From: a virus
Taxonomy: Duplodnaviria; Caudoviricetes
Length of the DNA stretch: 58,013 nt
Virus record (IMG/VR): IMGVR_UViG_3300032157_000010
Location: 1-58,013 of that record
Direction: 5' to 3' (one strand)
The translations under genes were made by a program, and so were the position numbers. Every line of letters begins with the position of its first letter. Position 1 is the first letter of the stretch. Below are positions 35,234 to 45,531 of the stretch, piece by piece. The notes below the pieces were generated by a model. The model searched no databases. It worked only from the letters and a program-made list of their open reading frames with translations, and was not told the DNA's origin.

Positions 35234-38200
35234 CTAGCCGCTTCGCTCCGACCCTTCCATCTCCGGCACGATCGCCAGCACCGTCACCGGCAGCGGCGAA
35301 GACCCGTAAAGCAGACACCTGACGTCGCCGCGGTCCGGACCTTCCATCGACCGGGTGATCTCCCCGGTGAACAGCGGGATGGCTTCATCCATATCCAGCC
35401 CGTCGCGCTCGAAGGTGAGCTCGCGCGGCTCCCATTCCACCCGGCCTTCGGTCTCCTGATAGGACACCAGCCGCATATTGATCGGGCCGGAGTCGAGGAG
35501 AGCCAGGCCCAGATCCGAGATCGACTTGGTTTTCCCCACACCAGAGCCGGTCTGGGTGCCGAAGGGGAGCTTCAGCGTCTCCACCTCCCAGTCATAGGGC
35601 AGGCCGACCTGCACCACGGAGGCCGAATAGGCCAGCGTAATGCCGCCCGATGACACCGTGCGGTTGGGGTGGATGCGGCCGTCTGCCAGCACCGCCACCT
35701 CGCAGCCCTCCAGGTGATCGAGGCCGGTGATCGAGGTGGTGGCCGAGCCGTCATAGGTGATGCCGGAATGCACATAGAAAGCGTGCTTCTGGGCGTCCTT
35801 GACGGCGGCTTCCCACAGTGCCTCGGTGTCATAGTCCTGGCGGACGGGTGCGGTGAAGAAGCCTTCCATCACCTCGACATAACGCTGGGTGGCCGAGCCG
35901 ATCCGGCGCTTGACCAGGAACCAGACCTCATCGCGCTCGCCCGAAGGATAGACCTGGGTGGCGTCGTCGGCGCCGGGGATGATGGCGATGTCCTCGACGA
36001 TGGCGACATCGGAGATCGCACCCGTCTGTGCCGCATTGGGCACCGGCACCTTGCCGGCCGACAGCGAGCAATGCGTCCAGCCGATGATGTCCTGGGCGCG
36101 GGAATAGGCCAAAGGGGCGAGCCGGCCGTCGGAGCGATAGGTCCAGATGGTGGAGAGCGGCCGGCGCTGGTGCTCCATCGCCTCGATCGCCACCCGCCCG
36201 ACATGCTCGGCCAGGATGGACAGCTCGGCCGCGGTGAAGGTCTCGTTCTCATATTTGAAGCCGACATCGAACAGCCGGCGGCCACCGGCCTCGATCATCA
36301 CCATGGCGTCTTCGATCGAGAGCGCATCGGCGGCCGAGGCCGACACCACCTCGGCATGGGGCTCGAAGCCAACATCGGTCGCGGTGATCGAGGGCCCTTG
36401 GGTATTGGAGACCCAGATGCCGCCGGAGCCGACCAGCATGCGGCGCTTGCCCTTGATCCAGCGGATCGGGTCGTTGTTCTCGCTCTGCAAGGTGAAGGTG
36501 AGGGCATCGTCGTCCTGGACTTCGTTCACCAGGCTCTCGAAGCTGTCGGGGCGGAAATTCTCGATGTCGAAGGACTGCGAAAACCACATGGTACGCGGCT
36601 TGTCGGCGGTGCCGGCGACCACCGCGCGGGACTGGAAGAACGCCCCGATCGTCGGCCAGCCGGTGGTGTCGGACCATTCGCCGAGCTGCCAGTCTTCGGT
36701 CGGGATGTCGGCATAAGGCGCCTGGCGGCGCAGGCGCACCGTCACGGTCGCGGTGTCTGTGAAGGCGGTGATGATGCCCCAGGCCGGTTCCTTGCCCGGC
36801 CAGGTGAAGCGGATGGAGCGGCCGACATCGGTGGATTTGAACGGGGCATGCCCGCTTGCGGTGCAGGTGACGGAGCCTTCGGTGCCCGACAATTCCATCA
36901 GATGGGCATTGGAGCGGTAGAGATAGACCCCGCCGATCGCGCCATTGGTGTCGGCATCGTCGGGAGAACGGAAGCCGACATAGATGGTTGCAGCCGATGT
37001 GGAGAAGGTGATGGAGTGCCAGCCCGGCACATATTCGGTTGCCGACAGGATCTGGGTTCCGCCCGAAGAGGTGCCGATCAGCAGCGTGGTCTCGCCTGAG
37101 GCCCCGCCGCCGCCCAGGATACGAAAATGCAGCACGAATTCGGTGGAGATGGCAATGCCGGTGGACACTGCCTGTTCGATGGCGCCATATTCTCCGGCAT
37201 TGACGCCGCGCTGCAGCACGATGATCTTGGACGCCTCGCTCCATTCGAACGAGCCGGAGGTGTTCGACTTGTCGGTCCAGCTTTTGATGCCGTCTTCGAA
37301 ATCGGGGTTCTGGATCAGGTTCTTCTCGGCTAGGTCGATGCCGGGATTGCGGTCACCCCAGGGGCCGTCCTGGTCGTAGACGTCGACGATCGACCAGGTC
37401 CTATCGCCGCGGCGCTCCAGCCGGCGGCGGCGCTTGTCGGGGTGGTAGAGATAGAGGATATCGTTGGCCTGCTGATAGCGGATATCGAATAGCTGGGCCT
37501 CGGTATAGTCATGGGTAAGCTGCAGGGGCGTGTTGTCGAGCAGTGAGACGTCATCGACATAGACCGTCTCGACCGGATCATCGATGGTGTTCTTGAACCA
37601 GACATAGAAAGGGCTGGCGGCCGGGGTGAACGAGATCACATGGTTGCCAAGGCCCATGACAGTCTCGGGGAACAGATCGTCATCCAGCGAGGCCGAGCCG
37701 ACGCCGACGCTCAGGCTTGCGCCCAGATCCCCCTCGATGGTGAAGGCGAGCACATGCTCCACCCCTGTCGTGGTGGTGGCGACATCCTGCTGGGCAATGG
37801 CGGCTTCCCCGCCCGACGGGGTGAGGGCAAGCCGGCCGCCCCCGGTTGCCGAATGCGCGATCGCCGCGGTCGAGCCTTCGCTCTGATCGTCCCAGTCGGT
37901 GATGTTTGAGGCAAAGGTGCCGTTGGAGATCGTCGCGCCGATATTGGCGGCGGCCAGCCGCGCCTGGCGCTTGTAGAAGCGGAAATAGTTCTCCCCCATC
38001 TCGACGACATAGGCCTCCGCCTCGGAGGCCTTGAATGGCAGCAGCATCGTCGCCTTGGAGGAATCGGCCACCTCCGCGACGAAGCGTGTCCCCGGCATGG
38101 TCGTGAAGCCGCCGGTCGGCAGCAGCACCACATTGCGCGCGGTCGCGGCGCCATTGGCATAGCGGTCGAAGTCGACGCGGCTGGCCATCCTGGGCGCGAG

Positions 38201-38245
38201 CTCGCCCGAATTGACCGAGGTCTGAATGGGTGCGGCTCTTGCCAT
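35234..38245 (-). CDS. Tail tubular protein B (nozzle, gp12-like)
   Basis: N.GEL.P, GG....PGTRFV, GWP....F..R, GLDHLEG..V. Confidence 0.9.
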   Translation of the reverse strand: MARAAPIQTSVNSGELAPRMASRVDFDRYANGAATARNVVLLPTGGFTTMPGTRFVAEVADSSKATMLLPFKASEAEAYVVEMGENYFRFYKRQARLAAANIGATISNGTFASNITDWDDQSEGSTAAIAHSATGGGRLALTPSGGEAAIAQQDVATTTTGVEHVLAFTIEGDLGASLSVGVGSASLDDDLFPETVMGLGNHVISFTPAASPFYVWFKNTIDDPVETVYVDDVSLLDNTPLQLTHDYTEAQLFDIRYQQANDILYLYHPDKRRRRLERRGDRTWSIVDVYDQDGPWGDRNPGIDLAEKNLIQNPDFEDGIKSWTDKSNTSGSFEWSEASKIIVLQRGVNAGEYGAIEQAVSTGIAISTEFVLHFRILGGGGASGETTLLIGTSSGGTQILSATEYVPGWHSITFSTSAATIYVGFRSPDDADTNGAIGGVYLYRSNAHLMELSGTEGSVTCTASGHAPFKSTDVGRSIRFTWPGKEPAWGIITAFTDTATVTVRLRRQAPYADIPTEDWQLGEWSDTTGWPTIGAFFQSRAVVAGTADKPRTMWFSQSFDIENFRPDSFESLVNEVQDDDALTFTLQSENNDPIRWIKGKRRMLVGSGGIWVSNTQGPSITATDVGFEPHAEVVSASAADALSIEDAMVMIEAGGRRLFDVGFKYENETFTAAELSILAEHVGRVAIEAMEHQRRPLSTIWTYRSDGRLAPLAYSRAQDIIGWTHCSLSAGKVPVPNAAQTGAISDVAIVEDIAIIPGADDATQVYPSGERDEVWFLVKRRIGSATQRYVEVMEGFFTAPVRQDYDTEALWEAAVKDAQKHAFYVHSGITYDGSATTSITGLDHLEGCEVAVLADGRIHPNRTVSSGGITLAYSASVVQVGLPYDWEVETLKLPFGTQTGSGVGKTKSISDLGLALLDSGPINMRLVSYQETEGRVEWEPRELTFERDGLDMDEAIPLFTGEITRSMEGPDRGDVRCLLYGSSPLPVTVLAIVPEMEGSERSG

Positions 38246-38291
38246 GGTATACGGTATCTCGTATGATTCGGGTTTATACGGGAGAGCGGAT

Positions 38292-38657
38292 ATGCGTGAA
38301 CTCACCGGCCACAAGGTCAACCCGGCAAACGACAAGCTCACGGTAACGGTGCTCGACGAGCCGGGCGCCGGTGGCGCCTGCCATCGGTACGTGATCAGCG
38401 GCATGAACAGCGGCAACGTGCTGCACGTCGAGCTTGGCTTCCAGAACGGTCCGATAGCCGAAGCCGGCGTCAACGGGATCACCCACGAGGTGCTGCTCTC
38501 GATCCTGATCGACCGCATGGAGGGGTTCCAGTCCGGTCCCTATGCCAACGAGCATAATGCTGCTGCACTCTTTCATCTGCAGACCGCCCAAGCCGAGCTT
38601 CTTGCCCGCACATCAGAGCGCATGACCCGCGGCGTCGAAGGCACAATGGCCGTCTAG
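38292..38657 (+). CDS. tad1: Tad1-family anti-Thoeris nucleotide-signal sponge
   Basis: G.GGA.H.Y, FQ.G, G...E.LL.I..DR...FQ.GP....NA.AL.H, R..ER..R.V.GT match Tad1 as I recall it. Confidence 0.85.
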   Translation: MRELTGHKVNPANDKLTVTVLDEPGAGGACHRYVISGMNSGNVLHVELGFQNGPIAEAGVNGITHEVLLSILIDRMEGFQSGPYANEHNAAALFHLQTAQAELLARTSERMTRGVEGTMAV

Positions 38658-38661
38658 CGTC

Positions 38662-39306
38662 TTACCAGGCGCCGCCGTAATAAGATCCGCTCCAGCTATC
38701 GTCGTCGCGCACATCCGACCAGGAGCCGTCGGGGTAGCGTTCGGGCCATGCCTCGATCCCATTGGTGGACTTGGCGATCGAGACCTGCTTGCCGAACTGG
38801 GTGAGGCACCAGTCAGCGTGCTTGACGTCCTTCTTGATCGCGGTGGCAAAAGCCGCCGCCATGCGCCAGGCCAAGGCCTGATAGAAGTCCGGGGAGAACT
38901 GGGCAGCCGACGTCACCTGGCGCACATAGCGCAGCCAGAGCGTGCTGGAATTGGTGAGCAGGACGGGCGTGTCGACCGAGGACACCGAGAGCGTCTCGGC
39001 CTGGTATTTGACGATGGAATGGTCGCTGTCGATCGGGTGCACGCTGATCAGGCGCAGGAAGTCGGCCGGATAGGCGTAGGCGTAGTCATAGCCAAAGATC
39101 GGCTCGGGCACCACCTGGCTGAGCTCGGCGCGCTTCTTGGAGAAGCTCCACAGATATTCCCTGAGCATGGAATCGCGCAGCATCTCGTAATTATCACGCG
39201 CGACCTTGGCTTCCTGGGATGTGTCGGAATCAAAGCTGGAGAGACGCGCGGAGCACTGCGCATAGCCGAGCGCGATATTGGCCAGGGCTGTTGTTGACTG
39301 GGTCAT
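38662..39306 (-). CDS. Tail tubular protein A (adaptor, gp11-like)
   Basis: AN.AL, RD..L....W.F..KR, Y.YAY..P.D.LR, AL..R.A. Confidence 0.88.
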   Translation of the reverse strand: MTQSTTALANIALGYAQCSARLSSFDSDTSQEAKVARDNYEMLRDSMLREYLWSFSKKRAELSQVVPEPIFGYDYAYAYPADFLRLISVHPIDSDHSIVKYQAETLSVSSVDTPVLLTNSSTLWLRYVRQVTSAAQFSPDFYQALAWRMAAAFATAIKKDVKHADWCLTQFGKQVSIAKSTNGIEAWPERYPDGSWSDVRDDDSWSGSYYGGAW

Positions 39307-39452
39307 GCAAATCACCTATGGGTGAGGAAGGTGGCACGAGCTGGGTCGGGATCGCACCAGCTTGCAGGCGCCTGAACGTCAACATTGGATCTCGCGACCC
39401 TGTGTTGATTGTGGCAAGGGCTGTGACCCCATGAAGGCACAGCCCTTTTGCT

Positions 39453-39968
39453 TTAGGCCGCCCGCTTGCCGCCGGCGATGAAGGCTTCTGCCGCCTCGCG
39501 ATCCTTGAAGCTATCGATGATATTGCCCAGGCCGTCCTTCACATGGAAGGTGACGAGTGCCGGCTTGCCGCGGCCCTGGCCGGTGCGCTCCTCGACAACC
39601 TCGAGCGCTTCGATGCGGGGATCGCCGGACTTATGCCAGACATTCACGGTCTCACCGGCTGCCAGTTCGACCGCGGTCAGATCCTCGATCTCGCCGCGCT
39701 GGCGCAGCACCGGGCGGCGGCCATCCGCGCCCACCACCAGGAAGCTGGCGATCTCCTTCAGCACCGACGCATTGCTGCCGCGGTCGGTGAAGTGCATCTC
39801 GATCCTGTCGCCGACGCGGATCCGGTTGGCGACGCGCGAGAAGCAGTCGGGATTATCCAGCACATGGGCGATCGGGGCATAGACCCTTGCGGTGAACTGT
39901 TGCCCATAGGTGACGGCGCCACCGGAAAGTTGAAAATCATTCGGATCGATGCGGTAATCGCTGGTCAT
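39453..39968 (-). CDS. Hypothetical protein
   Basis: 171-aa ORF in the late operon. Confidence 0.7.
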   Translation of the reverse strand: MTSDYRIDPNDFQLSGGAVTYGQQFTARVYAPIAHVLDNPDCFSRVANRIRVGDRIEMHFTDRGSNASVLKEIASFLVVGADGRRPVLRQRGEIEDLTAVELAAGETVNVWHKSGDPRIEALEVVEERTGQGRGKPALVTFHVKDGLGNIIDSFKDREAAEAFIAGGKRAA

Positions 39969-40039
39969 TTGTCATTCGCCTGTGTGTATCGGGGACAAGT
40001 TTTCTTGCCGCGGAACGCTGCCGGACTGATGAAGTTGGC

Positions 40040-40819
40040 TCAATACCAGTGAGCCGGGATCCATTTGTGGTGGACATGCAGATGGGTCATCGACGGGTCG
40101 TAATCGGGGCCGTGGAAGAAGACGATTTTCGCGCGCTCCACCATGTCGGGCAACGACGCCTGGCTCCTGGCGAAGGCTTTCCGCTTCATGCCCGAGAACG
40201 GCATCTGGCCGGCTCTGTCGAGATGGAAGCGGAAGGAATAGATGCCGTCGCGCATCCCCCAGCCGGCTTTCTCGGTCGGGAGCATATAGGCCATCCAGGC
40301 CTGGTCCGAGCCGATCAGGCCATGGGTCTTGCGCAGGTTCAGGGCAATATCGGGGTTGAAGTCATGATACACGCCAGGCGCGAAACCGATCTTCAGTCGC
40401 CAAAGGCTTCCACACATCTCCGACCGGCTCTCCCGGCCGATCCGCCAGATGCGGAATGGTTCGGGGTCATTCTCGAACAATGGGCGGATGTCGCCCTTGA
40501 TCACCGCATCGAGGTCGATCGAGATGATGTCATCGCCCAGTATGGGAGCCATTGCCGGATCGAAGGCGCGAAGTCTGCAATAGCATTTCCCGTACTGCCT
40601 GAGGCTGTCCCAGAGGGGCACGATCTCCACGTCGTCTTGGATACCCTCAGGCGAATCGGTGACGCACAGGATCTTGCCTGAAAAGCCCGGCCAGTTGCGC
40701 CGGATCATATTGGCCATCCGGTTGACGTGGTCCGGGGTGAAGGTCTTCTTGGCGCCGTACATGGTGGAGCCGCCCTCGGGCGAACGCCACAGCCACAGGA
40801 TAAAGTTCGGGTGAGTCAC
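40040..40819 (-). CDS. GT-A fold glycosyltransferase (GT8-like)
   Basis: CVTD, IDLD (DxD), SDQ, VFFHG. Confidence 0.8.
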   Translation of the reverse strand: MTHPNFILWLWRSPEGGSTMYGAKKTFTPDHVNRMANMIRRNWPGFSGKILCVTDSPEGIQDDVEIVPLWDSLRQYGKCYCRLRAFDPAMAPILGDDIISIDLDAVIKGDIRPLFENDPEPFRIWRIGRESRSEMCGSLWRLKIGFAPGVYHDFNPDIALNLRKTHGLIGSDQAWMAYMLPTEKAGWGMRDGIYSFRFHLDRAGQMPFSGMKRKAFARSQASLPDMVERAKIVFFHGPDYDPSMTHLHVHHKWIPAHWY

Positions 40820-41298
40820 AGCAAGGTATCTTTCCAGGTCTCGCCTCGGACAATGCGGCCGATGCTGCTTTGGGAGATGCCGTATTTTTTAGAAAGATAT
40901 CTTTGCGACAGGCCAGCGGCGGCTGCCTCCCTGATAAGGGTGACCTCTCGACATCTGATCTTTGCCTTCGGATTTCGCTCATTAACGGGGCGATACACCC
41001 TGCCCTTCGCGACCTTATCTGCGTGGTTTATTTCATGTGTGCCCAGAAAAAGGTGCTCTGGGTTCACGCATCTCCGATTATCGCATTTGTGCAGAACCTG
41101 CTGACCCGCAGGAATTGGCCCCCGGTTTTTCATCCAGGAGAACCTATGCGCTCCGATATCCTGCCTCCCGTCGTAAACCCGGCCATAGCCGTCATGGTTC
41201 AGGGCGCGCTGCCATTCCCAGCAGCCAGTTCGTTGATTTTCAATCCAATGCCTGTCGAAAGTCTCTCTGAAAGACTCACCCTTTTTCTGCCGTCTCAA
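40816..41298 (-). CDS. HNH endonuclease with C-terminal HTH
   Basis: CWEW, GYG, AHR, HKCDN..CVNP.HL. Confidence 0.9.
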   Translation of the reverse strand: MRRQKKGESFRETFDRHWIENQRTGCWEWQRALNHDGYGRVYDGRQDIGAHRFSWMKNRGPIPAGQQVLHKCDNRRCVNPEHLFLGTHEINHADKVAKGRVYRPVNERNPKAKIRCREVTLIREAAAAGLSQRYLSKKYGISQSSIGRIVRGETWKDTLL

Positions 41299-42098
41299 AG
41301 CACCCTCTCATATGGAAAGCTAAGAACTTTTGGCGGTCCTTGCCATTCAGCCGCAATGCGGTGAACGGCTTGGTCCTGAAGCTCTTTCCTGCCATATGTA
41401 GTTGTCGAGGAGTCCCGGTCAAACTCTCGGCGGACAAGCGGACGATTCATGACGGCAATTGGTGCAGTTCTGGCACAGCGACGCCTGAATTCACCGTCAG
41501 AGCCATAATGACCTGAGAAGGCTTCGTTGTAGCCTCCAACGTGGAAGAACATCTCCCGCGTCATGAACCAAGAATTTTTGTGCGGCGGGAGGATCGGGCC
41601 GCCTTGATGCCCTTCATGCCGCGTGAAGCGGTAGATGGTGTCTGCTCTCTGGTCACCATAGGCCAGCCCTACGACCGTCGTGAAGGGCATGGCGTGGTCC
41701 ATATCCGTCATCGCCAGCCAGGAGCCCTCAGGGGCCTCGTGGGCGGCGATGTTGCGGGCGGCTAGCCAGTTCCACCTTGCCTTCTCTTTGACCCTGTAGA
41801 GGCTGAAATTAGGCGGTATGGCCTCGCCCCGGATTGCCTCGGAGGCCGGCGTCTCGCTGGAGCAGTCATCGACCACGCAAAGCGAAATCGGTGCATCCAG
41901 CCGCAAGTTGGCAAAGCCGCGGATCAGATCCCGCAAGGTCTTGGGATTCTCGAAATAGGGCTTGATGATGACGACCGGCTTGGCCTCGACCCCGATCTCG
42001 ACATCGACCACCGGCGCATCATCGCAGCCCGGCGCCGTCACCCGCTGGCCCCATTGGTTCTTGGCCACCCGCATCTGGTTCATGGCAAGGCCCATCAT
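41295..42098 (-). CDS. GT2/GT7-like glycosyltransferase
   Basis: VVDDCS, ARN..A, TDMD, VGGYNE.F.G.YG.D.EF. Confidence 0.85.
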   Translation of the reverse strand: MMGLAMNQMRVAKNQWGQRVTAPGCDDAPVVDVEIGVEAKPVVIIKPYFENPKTLRDLIRGFANLRLDAPISLCVVDDCSSETPASEAIRGEAIPPNFSLYRVKEKARWNWLAARNIAAHEAPEGSWLAMTDMDHAMPFTTVVGLAYGDQRADTIYRFTRHEGHQGGPILPPHKNSWFMTREMFFHVGGYNEAFSGHYGSDGEFRRRCARTAPIAVMNRPLVRREFDRDSSTTTYGRKELQDQAVHRIAAEWQGPPKVLSFPYERVL

Positions 42099-42330
42099 AT
42101 TCCCCTTATCGCGCCGGAATGGTCGATTGGCCGCATTCGGTGCAGCGCAGCCCTGATGTGCGATACCACAGGAAGGTCTGGCTGCCGCACAGGCATTCCC
42201 AGATCTGACCGGAGGCATCCATCTCGCGCTGCCGCTCGCGCCGGGCGACCCACAGATTGGCAACAGAAGATGGCGTGACGGCCTCGCCTCGAGGCAATTC
42301 GCGCCAGATGAAGGGGAGAACCTTGCCCAT
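42095..42330 (-). CDS. Small Zn-finger protein
   Basis: WEC.CG...C.ECG. Confidence 0.55.
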
Positions 42331-42536
42331 CAGTCCCGTCCACATTGTTCGATTGCGGCATCCAGCGCTTCTTCGGTGAGCGGGATCCCCGCCTCGATCA
42401 GTTGCGCGACCCGGGCCACGGCCTGCGCATCCTGCCAATGCGCCTTGCGGTGGACATAGAGCGTGGCTGTCGCCTTAGCCTGCGGCGTACGGTGGTCGGT
42501 ACCGTCGAGCAAAGCCGTGATCGCTGCGTAAGCCAT
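42330..42536 (-). CDS. Hypothetical protein
   Basis: Coupled ORF. Confidence 0.55.
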   Translation of the reverse strand: MAYAAITALLDGTDHRTPQAKATATLYVHRKAHWQDAQAVARVAQLIEAGIPLTEEALDAAIEQCGRD

Positions 42537-43225
42537 CAGGCATCCTTCCAGACATAGACCCAGTCGGCATTGACATTCAGCACCAGCTCATAGCCAAGAT
42601 CGGCCAGCATTGCCGGGATCACCCGGCCGTCATCGCCATAAAAGCGCGACTTGCCTTTGACCTCGTACATGATGACCGGGTGATATTTGCCGATGGTTTC
42701 CTGGGCGCCGAGCAGGGCCTGATATTCATAGCCCTCGACGTCGAGCTGGAGAAAATCGCAAGCCGCAAGGCCCAGATCGTCAATGCGCAGCACCGGGATC
42801 GGACCGCCGCGCGAGACACGGTGTGCACCGCAATTGTCGGTGCGGTTCAGATCGACGCCGCCGCGGCTGTTGCCGACCGCAGCATTGAGCTTGAAGACGT
42901 TCTCTTCCGGCACATTGGCGCACAGGCAGCGAAAGTTCAGCGGATCGGCCTCGAAAGTGTAGACCGCTTCGAACTGTGTGGCCAGGTGCTTGGGCCAGAC
43001 GCCCATATTGCCGCCGGCCTGGACGCAGACGCGGCGGCCGGATACATGCTCGAGCGCTGCGTAGAGGTCTGGGAGGCGCGCCCAGGCGAGCCGGGCGCAT
43101 TCGGTGTCGATCTCAGGCCACAGCCAGGCGCCGTGCATGTATTTGGTGCGGGAGAGCTTGGCCGCATTGGGCATCGGATCCACCGAGATCTTGCGCGTTT
43201 TGCGGCCTGAGATCGAGAAGGACAA
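42536..43225 (-). CDS. FkbM-family SAM methyltransferase (start may be 43174)
   Basis: QAGGN.G, FEAD..NF, LDVEGYE..AL.GA. Confidence 0.88.
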   Translation of the reverse strand: MSFSISGRKTRKISVDPMPNAAKLSRTKYMHGAWLWPEIDTECARLAWARLPDLYAALEHVSGRRVCVQAGGNMGVWPKHLATQFEAVYTFEADPLNFRCLCANVPEENVFKLNAAVGNSRGGVDLNRTDNCGAHRVSRGGPIPVLRIDDLGLAACDFLQLDVEGYEYQALLGAQETIGKYHPVIMYEVKGKSRFYGDDGRVIPAMLADLGYELVLNVNADWVYVWKDA

Positions 43226-43228
43226 GGG

Positions 43229-43474
43229 TCAGACTCCGCGCATCAGGACGAGCACGATGCTGTCGGACGACAGATCCCCAGTATACCACTGCGTGATCTG
43301 ATCGTCGGTGGAGATGATGGCCTCGAAGGGGAACTCGTTCTGGCGGTTGTTGATCCCGTTCAGAATAACGGCATCGCCTGCCTTCAGGCCGGGAACGCTG
43401 ATCGCCCCAGTTCCATTGCGGCCGTTGAACGATGCCTTCACGAAGGCGACGGGAACAGTCACGGTCATGCACAA
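43229..43474 (-). CDS. Small beta-rich protein (possibly structural)
   Basis: AAGGAG RBS; GAISVPGLKAGD. Confidence 0.6.
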   Translation of the reverse strand: MCMTVTVPVAFVKASFNGRNGTGAISVPGLKAGDAVILNGINNRQNEFPFEAIISTDDQITQWYTGDLSSDSIVLVLMRGV

Positions 43475-43480
43475 CTCCTT

Positions 43481-44149
43481 TCAGATCCAATAGCTCGCGA
43501 ACCAGTCGTAGCGCTGAACCGCCTTATGGTTCTTGCATCCCACGCACAGGATGACCTTGGCCTCCTCGCCCCAATTGCCGTCGGCGACATGGCTCAATCG
43601 GCGAATCCAGGGCTTGGGGAAGGTGACCTCGGAAGGCGAGATGTGCTTGATGGCGTCCTGGTCGCCGAAGAAGGCGCGGCGATAGCTGAGCGAGCCTGCG
43701 GTCGCCAGCTTCTTGCGCGAACCCTTGTCCCAAACCATCACGCTGGAGTTGTAGCCTTTTTGCACCTTCTTGCCGCCGATCCCCTGAAAATCCGGCGCGC
43801 TGTCGGCCGCGATCGCAAAGTCCACCGGATAGTCGATGATCGGGTCGAGGTCGCCCACCACCAGGACATCCAGATCCAGGAACAGCATGCGCTTGGAAAA
43901 GCACGGCTCCTTGTCGACGAACACCAGAGGCTTGCGCCAGAAGCCGCGCTCGCCCCGGCTCATTGCGGGCGTGTAGATGGTATCGATATCGGGCGGCAGA
44001 TCGAAGGTGCCGTCGGTCAGGCAAACGGTGTTGAAGTCTTTCGATGTATTGCGCCGCACCATGGAGCGGAGCTTGACGACATAGTCGGAGGTGAATCTCT
44101 GGTTACCCCTGATCAAGAGGCAGACGAGCGTAAAGCTATCATGCCCCAC
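43481..44149 (-). CDS. GT-A fold glycosyltransferase (paralog of 40040-40819)
   Basis: CLTD, FW.K, FLDLD, NSSVM.W, GDQ. Confidence 0.8.
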   Translation of the reverse strand: MGHDSFTLVCLLIRGNQRFTSDYVVKLRSMVRRNTSKDFNTVCLTDGTFDLPPDIDTIYTPAMSRGERGFWRKPLVFVDKEPCFSKRMLFLDLDVLVVGDLDPIIDYPVDFAIAADSAPDFQGIGGKKVQKGYNSSVMVWDKGSRKKLATAGSLSYRRAFFGDQDAIKHISPSEVTFPKPWIRRLSHVADGNWGEEAKVILCVGCKNHKAVQRYDWFASYWI

Positions 44150-44711
44150 GAATTCTCTCCATCTTCGCCCGATAAGCGGCGCGCCACTTGGCTCGCAACG
44201 CCTCACGCTCGTCGGGCGACATGGCTCGACGCCTTTCCCTCGCCTTGACATTGGCGAGGGTGTGCCGAACCGTTTTCTCTTCACGGTTCATCGTTGCTCG
44301 CTGCCGCCGAACCCCTGCGTTCTTGCACTCGCGGCAACGCCTAGCGCGCCGACCACCCATGGTGCAGTATATGAGATTGTCGCCTTCATAGGGATGGCCT
44401 TGCGGACAGTGGGTCATCGGTCGCTGCTTGGCCCCCGCCTTTCCACGCATAGTGTTTTCCCGGTTCGTCACCGGCTCCAGATGTGCCGGATTGCAGCAGT
44501 ATGTGTTGCGGCAGAGGTGGTCGATGTTGAGCCCTTCCGGGATCGGGCCGACGAAATGCTCATAAGAAAGCCGGTGTGCGTAGCGCGGCTTTCCTTCAAT
44601 GCGAAGGGTGCCGTATCCAGCCGTGGTGCATCCAGCCGTCCAAAGCCAGCACCCGGAATTCGGTTCCGGCATTACCTTGTCTTCAAAGCGTGCGAAATCG
44701 CTCGTGATCAT
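44139..44711 (-). CDS. HNH endonuclease with Zn-binding domain
   Basis: CWLW, AHR.SYE, DHLCRN..C.NP.HL, THCPQGH. Confidence 0.9.
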   Translation of the reverse strand: MITSDFARFEDKVMPEPNSGCWLWTAGCTTAGYGTLRIEGKPRYAHRLSYEHFVGPIPEGLNIDHLCRNTYCCNPAHLEPVTNRENTMRGKAGAKQRPMTHCPQGHPYEGDNLIYCTMGGRRARRCRECKNAGVRRQRATMNREEKTVRHTLANVKARERRRAMSPDEREALRAKWRAAYRAKMERIRGA

Positions 44712-45286
44712 CCGCCCACCTTCCAAGACCACTTACCTTGATGGGGCATGACGAAAGGCTTGTATTCCTCCGGCGTCCGGAAGGCGAAGCGCCAGCACGT
44801 TCCCCGTCCAGCCTTGACCTCGGAGAAATGCACGCTCTTATAGCCGTTGAAGGTGGCCACGCCGTAGAAGAAGATCTTGTCGAAGCGGTAGAAACCGTGC
44901 TGGGGATAGCCTTGGGCCGGCTTGTCGCCGACGATCAGGCCGCCGGGCTTGCACAGTTCATGCATCGTTTCCCAGGCCCGAGCGACGTTGAAGCAGTGCT
45001 CCGACGTGCCGAAGTCGGTGACGAGGTCGTAATGCTCCCAAGGCTCGATCAGTCCCCACAGATCCCGGTTCAGATCCGCGGTGATCGTCGCCTCGCCATT
45101 GGCGTCGATGCTCTCATATCTGGAGCAGCCGAGTTCCTCGTAGAACTCGCGCGCCGGCCAGGACTTCCAGTTCGGATCGCGCCTGGTGCCGTTATGGGCG
45201 AGCTGCGAGCCGAGTTCGATCACAGTGAAGCCCTTGGGGAGCCTCAGTTCGCGCAGCATGCGCTGCGGGTCGGGTCCGATGCCCAT
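44708..45286 (-). CDS. Class I SAM methyltransferase
   Basis: IELG.Q, DLN, YDLVTDFGTSEH.FN, KPGG. Confidence 0.8.
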   Translation of the reverse strand: MGIGPDPQRMLRELRLPKGFTVIELGSQLAHNGTRRDPNWKSWPAREFYEELGCSRYESIDANGEATITADLNRDLWGLIEPWEHYDLVTDFGTSEHCFNVARAWETMHELCKPGGLIVGDKPAQGYPQHGFYRFDKIFFYGVATFNGYKSVHFSEVKAGRGTCWRFAFRTPEEYKPFVMPHQGKWSWKVGG

Positions 45287-45531
45287 TAGCGTTCATCCTC
45301 TGGCGGATCGGTTGGCGAAATAAAACCGCACCCGGCTCTGCAGCACCATTTGCCTGGATGGCTGTGCATTTCGCCAAGCTGCCACCAGCCCAGGTCGTGC
45401 TTGCAGCACAGATCGCATATCGTGAACTTCGGCGTTCCGTGTGAGGTGAACTGATATTGACCTGCTCCCTTGCATTTGGGGCAGTCCGACCTTGCATTCT
45501 TCGCGGCATGGTCAAAGATACCCACCGCCAT
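45286..45531 (-). CDS. Cys-rich small protein
   Basis: CPKC, CDLCC, CC.AGC. Confidence 0.55.
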   Translation of the reverse strand: MAVGIFDHAAKNARSDCPKCKGAGQYQFTSHGTPKFTICDLCCKHDLGWWQLGEMHSHPGKWCCRAGCGFISPTDPPEDER

